From contig CAYHGA010000002.1 in NCBI GenBank assembly GCA_964356225.1, positions 14,894 to 78,893 on the forward strand: DNA of 64,000 nucleotides, given 5' to 3'. Below the pieces are notes generated by a model. The model was given only the letters and a program-made list of their open reading frames with translations. It had not been told where the DNA came from and searched no databases. The position numbers and the translations under genes were made by a program. Positions 1-9,319 of this stretch are shown piece by piece. Each line of letters begins with the position of its first letter. Positions within the stretch are counted from its first letter, which is position 1. Source of the DNA: an uncultured Gammaproteobacteria bacterium. GTDB lineage: Bacteria; Patescibacteriota; Microgenomatia; CAZETR01; Amesbacteraceae.

Positions 1-1128
1 TAAAAAAGCGGGGATGTCCCAGTCGTCAGCCATAGGTTCGGATAAATCCGGGGGAGTAAATGTTTCCGGTTCGGGTTCCGGCTCGGCTTTGGGTTTCTCG
101 GAAACGATGCCGGCCATTCCTGATGGGGCAACGGGGCGGGAGCGGGTGACCATGCTGGCCAAACGCACCCGGGCTTCATCAAAACCGGTGGCAATGACAG
201 TGATTTTCATCTGATCGATAAGCTTTTCGTCCAGAGTAGAGCCAAAAATGATGTTGGCGTCGGCATCGGCGGCCTCGGAAATAATCCGGGCGGCTTCATC
301 TACTTCGGCCATGGTCATATCCGGACCACCGGTAATGTTGAAGAGAATGCCTTTGGCTCCTTCGATAGAAATTTCCAGAAGCGGCGACGAAACCGCGGCC
401 CGGGCTGCCATCTGGGCCCGATTGTCCCCCACTCCGGTACCGATACCCATGAGAGCCGAACCGGCATTTTTCATAATAGTTTTAACGTCGGCGAAATCGA
501 CATTAATGAGGCCGGGAACGGTGATGATATCGGAAATGCCCTGGACACCTTGAGATAAAACAGAATCTACGACCCGGAAAGCTTCCAGGAGAGTCATTTT
601 CCTATCGATTACATCCATTAACCGCTGATTGGGAATGATGATTAAAGTGTCAACTTTGTCTTTGAGCTGCTCTATTCCTTCTTCAGCATTGACCATGCGC
701 CGGGTGCCTTCAAAAGCAAAAGGTTTGGTGATAATCCCTACAGTCAAGGCGCCAATTTCGCGGGCAACCTCGGCAATTATCGGCGCAGCCCCGCTACCGG
801 TTCCACCCCCCATGCCGGCTGTAAGAAAAACCATATCTGAATCAATGAGATATTCCTTAATCTTTTCGCGAGATTCCTCTGCTGCCTGGCGGCCAATCTC
901 CGGATCCCCGCCGGCACCTAAACCCCGGGTAAGATTTTCTCCTATTTGAAGTTTGATGTTGGCTTGGTTGGTAAGAAGAACCTGGGCATCGGTATTAACG
1001 GCGATAAAATCAACACCCTTAATCGTCCCGGATGAAATCATGGAGTTTAGAGCGTTACCTCCTCCTCCGCCAATTCCACAAACTTTTATCTTGGCGTAGC
1101 GGCCAACGTCAGGTTTGACTAAAGCCAT
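1..1128 (-). CDS. ftsZ: Cell division GTPase FtsZ. The C-terminus is cut by the window edge. Start ATG is at 1128.
   Basis: Manual reverse translation from 1128 gives MALVKPDVGRYAKIKVCGIGGGGGNALNSMI..., which includes the tubulin GGGTG(S/N) signature. The frame stays open to position 1 and ends ...MADDWDIPAFL, matching the conserved FtsZ C-terminal peptide. It is absent from the ORF track because no stop codon lies inside the window. Confidence 0.9.
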   Translation of the reverse strand, partial: MALVKPDVGRYAKIKVCGIGGGGGNALNSMISSGTIKGVDFIAVNTDAQVLLTNQANIKLQIGENLTRGLGAGGDPEIGRQAAEESREKIKEYLIDSDMVFLTAGMGGGTGSGAAPIIAEVAREIGALTVGIITKPFAFEGTRRMVNAEEGIEQLKDKVDTLIIIPNQRLMDVIDRKMTLLEAFRVVDSVLSQGVQGISDIITVPGLINVDFADVKTIMKNAGSALMGIGTGVGDNRAQMAARAAVSSPLLEISIEGAKGILFNITGGPDMTMAEVDEAARIISEAADADANIIFGSTLDEKLIDQMKITVIATGFDEARVRLASMVTRSRPVAPSGMAGIVSEKPKAEPEPEPETFTPPDLSEPMADDWDIPAFL

Positions 1129-1168
1129 ACATAGCGGGCAGGAGTGGGTCTGATTGTATCAGGGCAAT

Positions 1169-2413
1169 TCAAGGTAGTAAAGACTTAAGAGCATTACTGA
1201 CTTTCCCCATTAGTCCAGTGAGAGGAAGTCTGTTCAGAAAATTCTCGGACGGAGATTCTTCTGTGTTGTCGATGGCGCATTTTAGTAATCCGACAGAGGT
1301 GGCAAAAGCTGGGCTTTCAATTTCATCAATTAAACCTGTTAACCCGGAAGGGAAACCAATTCTTACGGGCATGCTAAGAATTCTTTTAGCAGAATCAGTT
1401 AGCCCTACCGTCAGAGCTCCCCCACCGCAAATTACCAAACCGGCTGGAGTGAGTCCGGCCAAATTACTCTTTTTAATTTCAGAAGAAATCATCTGGAATA
1501 ATTCGTTAAGGCGGGGGCGAATAATTCCCTCTACTAATGTCTTGTGGGATATAGATTTCATGTCTTCGGGAAGCCCCAGTGGCGAAAGGTCTATTTCGTC
1601 TTCTTTGTCTTTGTTGCGGTTTTGACTAATAAAGATTTTTATTTTTTCGGCGCTTTCTAAAGATATACGCAGGCCGATTGCTAAATCATTAGTGACATTT
1701 CGGGCGCCTACAGGAAGAACAGATGAATAGGATAAAGCTCCGTCGACATAAATAACGATGTCCGTGGTGCCTCCGCCAATGTCCACACACACCACTCCTA
1801 ATTCTTTTTCGGTGTCGGTGAGAACCGCTAACCCCGAAGCCAATCCCCCAAAGGCCAAGCCTGAAATATCACATCCCACTTCAGAAACGCATTTGGTCAA
1901 ATTTTTAAGAGCAGTGACCGAGCCGGTGACGATATGAGTTTCGACTTCCAAACGGACTCCGGTCATACCAATGGGGTCTTTTACACCCTGCTGGCTGTCT
2001 ACTGAATAAGACCGGGGGACAACATGGATAATTTCAGACGAGGTGGGAAGAGAAATAGCCCGGGCTGCTTCTAACACCCGGCGGACATCCTCATTGGAAA
2101 TTTCTCCGTGGGGATCGGAAACGGCGACTACCCCTTGGCTGTTTTGAGAAGCAATATGAGCCCCGTCTACCGAAACCCAAGCCCGGGCGACGTTGTAGCC
2201 AGCCATGCGTTCGGCGGCTTCTACTGATTCGACAATACTTTCCACTGCTTCGTCAATATTTACTATTTGGCCTTTGCGTATGCCTTTAGAGGGAGAGGAA
2301 GAAGCACCTACAATATGAATTTTGGATGAGTCTTCTTCGCGAATCTGGGCCACTAAAGTAGTTATCTTGGTACTGCCGATGTCTATGGAGCTAATTTGTT
2401 TGCTCTTGGCCAT
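1169..2413 (-). CDS. ftsA: Cell division protein FtsA (actin-like ATPase)
   Basis: 414 aa. Starts SSIDIGSTKITTLVAQ and contains DIGGGTTDIVIY, both actin/Hsp70-fold phosphate motifs. It sits immediately upstream of ftsZ in a dcw cluster. Confidence 0.9.
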   Translation of the reverse strand: MAKSKQISSIDIGSTKITTLVAQIREEDSSKIHIVGASSSPSKGIRKGQIVNIDEAVESIVESVEAAERMAGYNVARAWVSVDGAHIASQNSQGVVAVSDPHGEISNEDVRRVLEAARAISLPTSSEIIHVVPRSYSVDSQQGVKDPIGMTGVRLEVETHIVTGSVTALKNLTKCVSEVGCDISGLAFGGLASGLAVLTDTEKELGVVCVDIGGGTTDIVIYVDGALSYSSVLPVGARNVTNDLAIGLRISLESAEKIKIFISQNRNKDKEDEIDLSPLGLPEDMKSISHKTLVEGIIRPRLNELFQMISSEIKKSNLAGLTPAGLVICGGGALTVGLTDSAKRILSMPVRIGFPSGLTGLIDEIESPAFATSVGLLKCAIDNTEESPSENFLNRLPLTGLMGKVSNALKSLLP

Positions 2414-2506
2414 TTTAATTGCGGTAATTTCCCGTCTATTCTACTTCTGGCGATGAGCTGTTGTAAAGAGGTATACCAGGAATTGGCATAAAGAGCAAAA
2501 AGGGTC

Positions 2507-3592
2507 TCATTGAAATTGCTGTTCGATTAATTGAATTATTCTTTCTGAAGCATCTGTGGGAAGCATTAATTTCTCCGGTTTTAGTCTGAATGCTTGTTTA
2601 ATTGAAGAAATTAGGGCTTGGGGAGACAACCTAGATTCCGGTAAAACGACGGCCTGGTGATTGCGTTCTAAGATTTGGGCGTTGAGGAGCTGTTCGTTGT
2701 GAGATGTCCGGGAGATGGGGATTAAAACACAGGGTAGACCTAAGTATCCTAATTCATAGACAATATGGGCCCCGGCCCGACTGACAACGACAGCCGCCTG
2801 ACTTAATGCAGAAACGGCTTGGGCCGAATCGAAAGCGAAACATTCATATCCGTCTTTTAGATAAGACTGGGCAGTAGAATAATCTAAATTCCCAGTTTGA
2901 TGAATAATTTTATAACTGGCTAATAATTTGGGGAGGGCTGCAAAAACTGCTCTATTTATTGTTTGTGAACCCTGTTTTCCGCCTGTAATATATACCAGTT
3001 TTCGGTTTTCGGTTTTCGGTTTTCGGATTTTTATGATTTCTGAACGGAGAGGTAGACCGATAACTACTGATTTGTGGAGTGGGTAGTGATGGACACTGTC
3101 CGGCCAGGTGATAGCAATCTTCTTAACAAAGAGAGATATAAATTTGTTGGCCCAGCCGGAAACGACGGTTTGTTCATGCGTGATAGAGGGAATTCCCAAC
3201 AGCCAGCCGACTAGTACAGTGGGGACAGCCAAATAACCTCCAAAGGAAACGATGCCAGCTGGTTTTAGTAATAGTAAATAGTAAAAGGTCCGAAAAAATC
3301 CGAAGGGTATTCTAATAAGTTTGAGAGGATGAAAAGTGCGGTAAAATTTACCGGCCCGAAGATCATAAAACTTAATTCCGGCAACTGTGACTTCTGTATA
3401 TTCGGCCGAATCAGATTTATCACCCCACATGGAGTGGCGGTGACCAAACCAAACTATGTCCCAGCCCTTGCCTTTCAGAGCCTTGGCTACCTCCAGCGCA
3501 CTTGTATGATGTCCCCCGGTAAAAACCAGCCTTTTCACACATTCATTATACGATAATTGCACTAGGTTCCTAGCTGGCTTGAAAACAAACAC
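2507..3592 (-). CDS. murG: UDP-GlcNAc:lipid I N-acetylglucosaminyltransferase MurG (GT28)
   Basis: 361 aa. N-terminal FTGGHHTSALEVAKAL resembles the MurG G-loop. Two Rossmann-like halves. Sits between ftsW and ftsA. Confidence 0.85.
   Translation of the reverse strand: MFVFKPARNLVQLSYNECVKRLVFTGGHHTSALEVAKALKGKGWDIVWFGHRHSMWGDKSDSAEYTEVTVAGIKFYDLRAGKFYRTFHPLKLIRIPFGFFRTFYYLLLLKPAGIVSFGGYLAVPTVLVGWLLGIPSITHEQTVVSGWANKFISLFVKKIAITWPDSVHHYPLHKSVVIGLPLRSEIIKIRKPKTENRKLVYITGGKQGSQTINRAVFAALPKLLASYKIIHQTGNLDYSTAQSYLKDGYECFAFDSAQAVSALSQAAVVVSRAGAHIVYELGYLGLPCVLIPISRTSHNEQLLNAQILERNHQAVVLPESRLSPQALISSIKQAFRLKPEKLMLPTDASERIIQLIEQQFQ
2999..3031. repeat. Heptanucleotide microsatellite (TTTTCGG)x4 plus a partial copy, inside the murG coding sequence
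   Basis: Read directly: ttttcgg ttttcgg ttttcgg ttttcgg atttt. On the minus strand it encodes KIRKPKTENRKLVY in the linker between the MurG domains. Confidence 0.8.
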
Positions 3593-3618
3593 TCAATACT
3601 GTAACATCCGGCCTTACT

Positions 3619-4401
3619 ATGTCGCTTATTGAAACCGCGGCCAAAAGATTGCTTCGGCCAAAAAAAGAGGCACTTATTCAAAAACTCCGTGCTAACAAAA
3701 TAGGTAAACGGACAATCCAAGCTTTCCAAGCCGTGGATCGTTACGATTTCACTCCTCCTTTTCTTAAGTACCAAGCATATGAAGACAAAGTACTCCTCCT
3801 TGGAAGACGAGGGTCTACTTTGTCCCAACCGTATGTAGTTGCTCTTATGACAGATCTCCTTGATCCGCAGGAAGGCGACAAAGTGCTAGAGGTGGGTACG
3901 GCGACAGGATTCCAAGCTGCAATATTAGCTGAACTTGTCGGGAATTTCGGACGAGTGATCACTACTGAGATAGATTCCAGTCTTGCCAGATCTGCCAACA
4001 GAAGGCTCAAAAGAGTTGGCGTCAATAACGCCGATGTTGTGCAGGCAGATGGTATATATCACTTCAGTGCTCATGAAGCATTTGATCGGATACTTGTAAC
4101 CGCTTCACTTGTTCCTTCTATCCACTTGCCTCTGTATTTTTCCTTGCGGGAAGGCGGAATATGTGTGGCCCCATTCGGCGGAGATGACGGAGAACCAGGC
4201 AGTTGCCTTATGGCTGTGATGAAAAAAGAGGAAGGAGAAATGAGAGTTGATGCAGTGATCAGGGGTTTTTCGTTTGTTTTAGCACAAGGAATGATGGGCT
4301 GGTCCAAATACGAGGCGGCGATGAGGCGCCTTCGTCTATCTACCTTCATTGGGGATGCAAGGGAGATTGAACTGCATCAACGTGATAAGATTGCGGCGTG
4401 A
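3619..4401 (+). CDS. pcm: Protein-L-isoaspartate O-methyltransferase (PIMT/Pcm)
   Basis: 260 aa. VLEVGTATGFQAAILAELVG is SAM motif I of PIMT, and overall collinearity with Pcm is good. It is the only plus-strand gene in the dcw region. Confidence 0.8.
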   Translation: MSLIETAAKRLLRPKKEALIQKLRANKIGKRTIQAFQAVDRYDFTPPFLKYQAYEDKVLLLGRRGSTLSQPYVVALMTDLLDPQEGDKVLEVGTATGFQAAILAELVGNFGRVITTEIDSSLARSANRRLKRVGVNNADVVQADGIYHFSAHEAFDRILVTASLVPSIHLPLYFSLREGGICVAPFGGDDGEPGSCLMAVMKKEEGEMRVDAVIRGFSFVLAQGMMGWSKYEAAMRRLRLSTFIGDAREIELHQRDKIAA

Positions 4402-4632
4402 GAGTCCATGAAGCCTTTGTGGAAACTGATGATGGTCCAAGCCACATTATTCCGGATGGCCTAATTGCAACACCCGAGTCGATAATCGCTTTAGTTTGGG
4501 CTTCCTCTGTCGTTTGGGGTCCCCTGTTGCTAATCTATATCTCAAAACCCCGAACGTTACAACATGTTATTGCAACAACTGCCCCGCGCCATTGCTATAG
4601 GTCTAGGGCTTTCTCCCCACTAATAGAAACCC

Positions 4633-4660
4633 ATCCCACCTGAAAGGTGGGATTTTTATT
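4633..4660 (+). terminator. Intrinsic terminator between the convergent pcm-side transcript and the APH-like gene
   Basis: Perfect 8-bp stem ATCCCACC-tgaaa-GGTGGGAT at 4633-4653 followed by TTTTATT. The T-run overlaps the stop codon of the convergent minus-strand gene. The minus strand has an A-tract before the same hairpin and a weaker U-tract after it. Confidence 0.7.
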
Positions 4661-5423
4661 CGAAAAGCTGGCGGTTTGTTTCTGTCCACTTAGCCCGTTT
4701 TTCAATTTCCTCTAAATCTCCGTTCGCTACCCAATCAACTTGTGGCTGTAATCCACGTTTAGCCAGATCTGCCTCGTATTGCCCGCATGTGCGCTGCATC
4801 TTGGCAACGTCCCCCACAATGTCTCCTAAATTATTCAACCCATACGCATCTGCAAAAACAGCAATGCGGTGCTTCCTGTCTGGAACTTCTGGGAAATGAT
4901 GCCACTTGAGACAAGCTTCATCATCTCTAAACGGAGCAGAGTACTCGAGGGCATAAAGGATGTCATACCTAGGTTTTGCTGGTACGACAAAATCCCAATC
5001 AACTATACCTACCGGCTCATTATCTTTCCAGACAATGTTCCACACTCCAAAATCACCATGGCACATTATTTTCCCATTTTTAATACCACTCTTGCTATAA
5101 GCCCATTCTGAATTCGGTGGAGGATGATAACCAGCTACGGCGTCATGATATTCCCGCAATAATTTTGCGTATTTACGCAGACCACCATCGCCAACAATCT
5201 TTTCCCACCCGTTTTTTCCAGATTCGCCCTCGATAAAACTAAGTATTTCTCTTCCCTGTTCGTCAAACCCCAACACTCTAGGAGAATACACAAATCCAAC
5301 GGCCTCTAAATATTTCAACAAACTATGAACGGATGGAGTCCACCAACCAGTGGGCCGATGAACAGTATTCCCAATTCGAAGAATAGGATGTTTACTATCT
5401 CCGTTTAAGTTCTCTTCAGACAT
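4656..5423 (-). CDS. Kinase of the phosphotransferase enzyme family (APH / choline-kinase fold)
   Basis: 255 aa. HGDFGVWNIVW...VGIVDWDF matches the HGDxxxxN catalytic loop and D-W-D/E metal motif of APH/ChoK-like kinases. Substrate cannot be told from sequence. Confidence 0.65.
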   Translation of the reverse strand: MSEENLNGDSKHPILRIGNTVHRPTGWWTPSVHSLLKYLEAVGFVYSPRVLGFDEQGREILSFIEGESGKNGWEKIVGDGGLRKYAKLLREYHDAVAGYHPPPNSEWAYSKSGIKNGKIMCHGDFGVWNIVWKDNEPVGIVDWDFVVPAKPRYDILYALEYSAPFRDDEACLKWHHFPEVPDRKHRIAVFADAYGLNNLGDIVGDVAKMQRTCGQYEADLAKRGLQPQVDWVANGDLEEIEKRAKWTETNRQLFE

Positions 5424-5446
5424 AGCACTATGTTATCAGAATAAAA

Positions 5447-6571
5447 TTAAGTCTGGCGGGAGATGTTGACCAGGATACCGGAGGCCAGGAGGACCAGGAC
5501 CAGGGAGGAGCCGCCGTAGGAGATGAAGGGCAGAGGGACGCCGGTGAGGGGAATAATGGCCACCATGGCCCCTAAATTGACCAGGGCCTGGAGGGAAATC
5601 CAGGAAGTGATGGCTAAGCTCAAATTGGCGCCAAATTGGTCAGGGGCAGAACGAACCACGGAAAATCCCTGGCTCATAAAAACGAGAAACGCTAAAATGA
5701 CGGCTAGTCCACCCACCAGGCCAAGCTCCTCGCCGATAACGGCAAAAATGGAATCGGTGGTAGCTTCGGGCAGAAATTCATATTTCTGTTTAGATTGACC
5801 CAGACCCACTCCAAACACGCCGCCGGAACCTAAACTTAATAAGACCTGGCGGATGTGATACGAAGACCCCAGAGGATCGCGGGAATAATCAAAAAAAGTT
5901 TTCAGGCGGTTCAGGCGGTATGGAGATAATAGAATTAACCCTCCTAAAAGCAGAATCAGCAGGGGAATAATCAAACCCAAATAGCGCAACTTTCCACCGC
6001 TGCCGAAATAGGTGAGGAGGCTGCTGCCGGTCAAAATTAAGGTGGTTCCTAAATCCGGTTCCAGCATGATTAAGAAACCTACAAAGCCGAGAATAGAAAT
6101 GAAGGGCCAAAAACGGGAGGTCTTTTTGAGGAAACTGGAAAAATAAATAGCCAAAGTCAACTTCGCCATTTCTGCGGGCTGAAAGCTAAAAAAACCCAGG
6201 TTTAACCACCGCCTGGCACCCAAAAGTTTGGAGCCAAGTCCCGGAATCAGAACTAGAATCAGAAGTAACAGAGTAACAAGCAACAGAGTGACAGAAATCT
6301 TTTCCAGTTTTTGGTAAGGGACACGGGAAACCAGAAAGAAGCCTGCTAAACCCATGAAAGCCCAGCCGGATTGGAGTTTGAGGTAATACCATTTGTCGCT
6401 AAAATCCCGAGCGGCGTCAACAACTGATGAGCTGCCGACCATTAAAAGTCCAAAAAACGTAAGTCCTAAAACCAGGAGAGTGATAGTTAGAGCTGGGCGA
6501 GCCACAGGCCAAAAACGGCTAATATAATACCGGCCAACCAGGCGCGCATGACAATTTTGGGTTCTTCCCAA
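5447..6571 (-). CDS. ftsW: SEDS-family peptidoglycan glycosyltransferase FtsW
   Basis: 374 aa, about 10 transmembrane helices. C-terminal PLPFISYGGSSLVLVLLASGIL is the SEDS signature. Sits in the dcw cluster between mraY and murG. The annotated start overlaps mraY by 85 nt. Confidence 0.85.
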   Translation of the reverse strand: MGRTQNCHARLVGRYYISRFWPVARPALTITLLVLGLTFFGLLMVGSSSVVDAARDFSDKWYYLKLQSGWAFMGLAGFFLVSRVPYQKLEKISVTLLLVTLLLLILVLIPGLGSKLLGARRWLNLGFFSFQPAEMAKLTLAIYFSSFLKKTSRFWPFISILGFVGFLIMLEPDLGTTLILTGSSLLTYFGSGGKLRYLGLIIPLLILLLGGLILLSPYRLNRLKTFFDYSRDPLGSSYHIRQVLLSLGSGGVFGVGLGQSKQKYEFLPEATTDSIFAVIGEELGLVGGLAVILAFLVFMSQGFSVVRSAPDQFGANLSLAITSWISLQALVNLGAMVAIIPLTGVPLPFISYGGSSLVLVLLASGILVNISRQT

Positions 6572-7332
6572 CCAATTTTTTGCAATCTGCGATGAGCGAA
6601 GCTGATTAATTCGATTATAAAAATCCCTCCGATGACCAGGAGAGCCAGGGTTTTCCCTAAAAGCAGGCCCACAACAGCTAGTGAAGCCCCGAAAGACAGG
6701 CTGCCGGATTGACCTAAACGCAGACGGGCCGGATAGACATTAAAATATAAAAAGGCGATCAGAGATCCGATCCAGAGGGCGATAAAAATTGACAAGGGAG
6801 TGTCTAATGAAGATAAAGCCAAAGCCCAAAAAGCCAAGAGGCAAATCAGAAGCAATCCACAGGATAAGCCATCGAGTTCATCGGCGCGTTCGAAGGCCTT
6901 GGTAAAGGCGGTGATCAAAAAGGCCGCCAAGGGAATGTACAGCCATCCTAAATTTAAGACGCCGATGTTGGGGATGTTGACGATATGAACACGCAGGTTA
7001 AAAAAAATCATGCTGGCGATAGTTGTGGAAAGAAGAATTTTGGTAATCAGTTTATAGCCGGTTTTAATGTGGCCCAGCAAGCTGAAGGATATAAAAGTGA
7101 AAAAAATAATATTGAGTTCTTCTTTAATGGGAAATGCCGAAGTGATATATACTCCCAGATGAGTGATGAGGGGAAAAAGTAAGACATAGAGAAGAGTGAC
7201 GAGAGTAACAATAAATATGCCTCCGCCAACTGGAGTGCCCCTTTTTTTACTATATAGAAAATCAATGAAGGGGACGATGGCGACACTGGCAATGATGAAG
7301 GAGAAAATAAGAATTCCTAAATAAAGAGCCAT
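6487..7332 (-). CDS. mraY: Phospho-MurNAc-pentapeptide translocase MraY (polyprenyl-phosphate HexNAc-1-P transferase family)
   Basis: 281 aa, polytopic. KKRGTPVGGGIFIV matches the MraY K-x-x-TPTMGG motif, and a DELDGL aspartate-rich motif is present. Position is between ftsI and ftsW. It appears about 40 aa short at the N-terminus, so the true start may be an upstream non-ATG codon. Confidence 0.75.
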   Translation of the reverse strand: MALYLGILIFSFIIASVAIVPFIDFLYSKKRGTPVGGGIFIVTLVTLLYVLLFPLITHLGVYITSAFPIKEELNIIFFTFISFSLLGHIKTGYKLITKILLSTTIASMIFFNLRVHIVNIPNIGVLNLGWLYIPLAAFLITAFTKAFERADELDGLSCGLLLICLLAFWALALSSLDTPLSIFIALWIGSLIAFLYFNVYPARLRLGQSGSLSFGASLAVVGLLLGKTLALLVIGGIFIIELISFAHRRLQKIGWEEPKIVMRAWLAGIILAVFGLWLAQL

Positions 7333-7685
7333 ATCTTGGGGAGGAAAATGATAGCAGCCACAACTATGGCCCCTAACGCGTAAACGAGCATGGCGGCGGC
7401 GGCGGTATCTTTGGCGATTTTGGCCAAACGGTGATAACGGCGGGTAATCAAATCGACGGTGGATTCGATGGCAGTATTAACCAATTCAATGACTAAGCCT
7501 ATAGCGATAGTCAGGGAAATAATTATCCATTCCAGGCCGGAGATTTTTAGTATAAAACCGGCAAGAATGACCAGCGTGGATAAAAAGAGATGAACCGTAA
7601 AGTTGGGTTGAGTGCTGGTGGCGTGAGACAATCCGTCCCAAGCATGACGGAAAGAAATGGAATGGGAACGAGACATGTGTTTCAT
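7317..7685 (-). CDS. dgkA: Diacylglycerol kinase family (DgkA / undecaprenol kinase-like) small membrane kinase
   Basis: 122 aa, 3 transmembrane helices. A N-terminal amphipathic segment followed by LVIELVNTAIESTVD resembles the prokaryotic DAGK catalytic region. It sits where murE-murF normally lie. Confidence 0.6.
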   Translation of the reverse strand: MKHMSRSHSISFRHAWDGLSHATSTQPNFTVHLFLSTLVILAGFILKISGLEWIIISLTIAIGLVIELVNTAIESTVDLITRRYHRLAKIAKDTAAAAMLVYALGAIVVAAIIFLPKIWLFI

Positions 7686-9319
7686 TTTAGCAAACGAAAG
7701 ATCTCTTTGGAGATATCAAACCACAAGGGAGCGGCGGTTTCACTTCCCCAGGGGGATGATTTAGGCTCGCGCAAAGTAACTAACATGGCAAATTTGGGTT
7801 GGTCGGCGGGAGCAAATCCCACGAAAGAGACAATCGTTTTGTTTGCGTCGTAATGGCCGGAAACGGGAATTTGGGCAGTCCCGGTTTTGCCGGCAATACT
7901 AAAGCCTTTAGGCTTGGCCCATTTGGCTTCTCCCCGGTCTACTGCGTTGACCATCATCAAAGTCATCTGGGCGGCAGTGGCCGGAGAGATGACTTGAGTC
8001 GGGGGAAAAGGAGAAATTATTTTGTCGTTAATTTTATCTACCACTTTTGGTTTTGGCATAAGTCCTTTATTGGCAATTGCTGATACGGCCCTCAACATTT
8101 GCAAAGGTGTGACAGCAATTCCTTGCCCGAATGAGGCAGTAGCTAAATCAATATCTACCCAGGTTGATTCGGGCCGAATTTGGGGAGAACTTTCTTCCTG
8201 TAAATCTATACCGCTTAACTGACCGAGTCCGAATTTCTTTAGATAGCTGATTAATTTGTGCTTTCCCAGGCGGCGGCTGACAAAAACCATACCCACATTG
8301 TCTGAGTGCTGGATGACTTCAGTCATGGTACTTTTGGGATAGTATTTATCATTCCAGGTTTTGATAACGTAGTCGGAAACTGCCACAGGGCCGGTACAGA
8401 TATCACAAATGGTGTCCGGCTGGACAGCCTGGGCATCTAAAGCCGCGGCCATGACTAAAGTTTTAAAAGTCGAACCTGGTTCGAAAAAATCAGAAACGAT
8501 GGGATTTTTGTAGAGTTCTGGTGGAGCTTGGGAGAAGAGGGAAGGGTCATAACTGGGCAGACTGACCATGGCCAAAATCCGACCTGTGGATGGTTCCATA
8601 ATGCTTACAGTGCCCGAAACAGCCCCATATCTGGTCAGAGCAGCCGATAGCTTTTGATAGGCAATAAACTGTAGAGTGCGATCGATTGAAGTAGTGAGAG
8701 TGCTGCCGGGTTGGGGAGATAAATAGTCCTGGATGCCGATTAAAATGGGCCGGTTGAGAGCATCTTTTTCCTGGACTAATTTGCCAGGGACGCCGATGAG
8801 TTGGCGGTTGTAGTATCCTTCCAAACCAAAATAACCTTGGGCGTGGCCGGCAGAGTCCTGGCCCACGAATCCTAAAAGTTGGGCACTAGAACTGGCATCG
8901 GGGTAGAGACGGCTGGGATCCGGCTCAAAACCGACCCCGGGCAAGCGTAAACTGTTAATTTGGTCACGGACGGATGCAGATATGTGGCGGGCGATTAAGT
9001 ACCAACCAAGATTTGGAGGAATATGGGAAAGGCGGGCGCTGGCGGAGGCGGGTAAGAGCTGGCTTAATTTTTCAGAGAGGGTAAACTGGCGGGGATTAAT
9101 ATAAAGTAAATAGGCTTCCCGGTTGGTGACCAGAGGAAAACCGTCTGAACTTAAGATAGATCCCCGGGGGCTGGGAAGCTCCAAAAAACTTTGTCTCTGC
9201 CAAGCCGCTTCAGCGGCTAAATCCGCACCCTTAACGACCTGCCAATATCCTAAACGCAGGACGATACCCAGAGTAAAAAGGATAAAAAATGCCTGGATTA
9301 CCGAAAAGCGCCAGTTCAT
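7682..9319 (-). CDS. ftsI: Class B penicillin-binding protein (FtsI/PBP transpeptidase)
   Basis: 545 aa with an N-terminal transmembrane anchor. All three transpeptidase motifs are present: STFK (EPGSTFKTLV), SDN (HSDNVGM) and KTGT (AGKTGTAQ). Confidence 0.9.
   Translation of the reverse strand: MNWRFSVIQAFFILFTLGIVLRLGYWQVVKGADLAAEAAWQRQSFLELPSPRGSILSSDGFPLVTNREAYLLYINPRQFTLSEKLSQLLPASASARLSHIPPNLGWYLIARHISASVRDQINSLRLPGVGFEPDPSRLYPDASSSAQLLGFVGQDSAGHAQGYFGLEGYYNRQLIGVPGKLVQEKDALNRPILIGIQDYLSPQPGSTLTTSIDRTLQFIAYQKLSAALTRYGAVSGTVSIMEPSTGRILAMVSLPSYDPSLFSQAPPELYKNPIVSDFFEPGSTFKTLVMAAALDAQAVQPDTICDICTGPVAVSDYVIKTWNDKYYPKSTMTEVIQHSDNVGMVFVSRRLGKHKLISYLKKFGLGQLSGIDLQEESSPQIRPESTWVDIDLATASFGQGIAVTPLQMLRAVSAIANKGLMPKPKVVDKINDKIISPFPPTQVISPATAAQMTLMMVNAVDRGEAKWAKPKGFSIAGKTGTAQIPVSGHYDANKTIVSFVGFAPADQPKFAMLVTLREPKSSPWGSETAAPLWFDISKEIFRLLK

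Noticed and set aside
14-949. Three plus-strand ORFs (14-214, 248-553, 629-949) from the ORF track
   Set aside because: They lie antisense to a continuous, strongly FtsZ-like minus-strand frame (1-1128), and their own translations are low-complexity Ala/Ser/Pro-rich. They are shadow ORFs.
1218-1625. 135-aa plus-strand ORF inside ftsA
   Set aside because: It is antisense to a well-supported ftsA and has no recognisable features.
4398-4643. 81-aa GTG-initiated ORF after pcm
   Set aside because: It has no ATG or good start context. The sequence has no helix or family features and overlaps the pcm stop. It is more likely non-coding (see the finding at 4402-4660).
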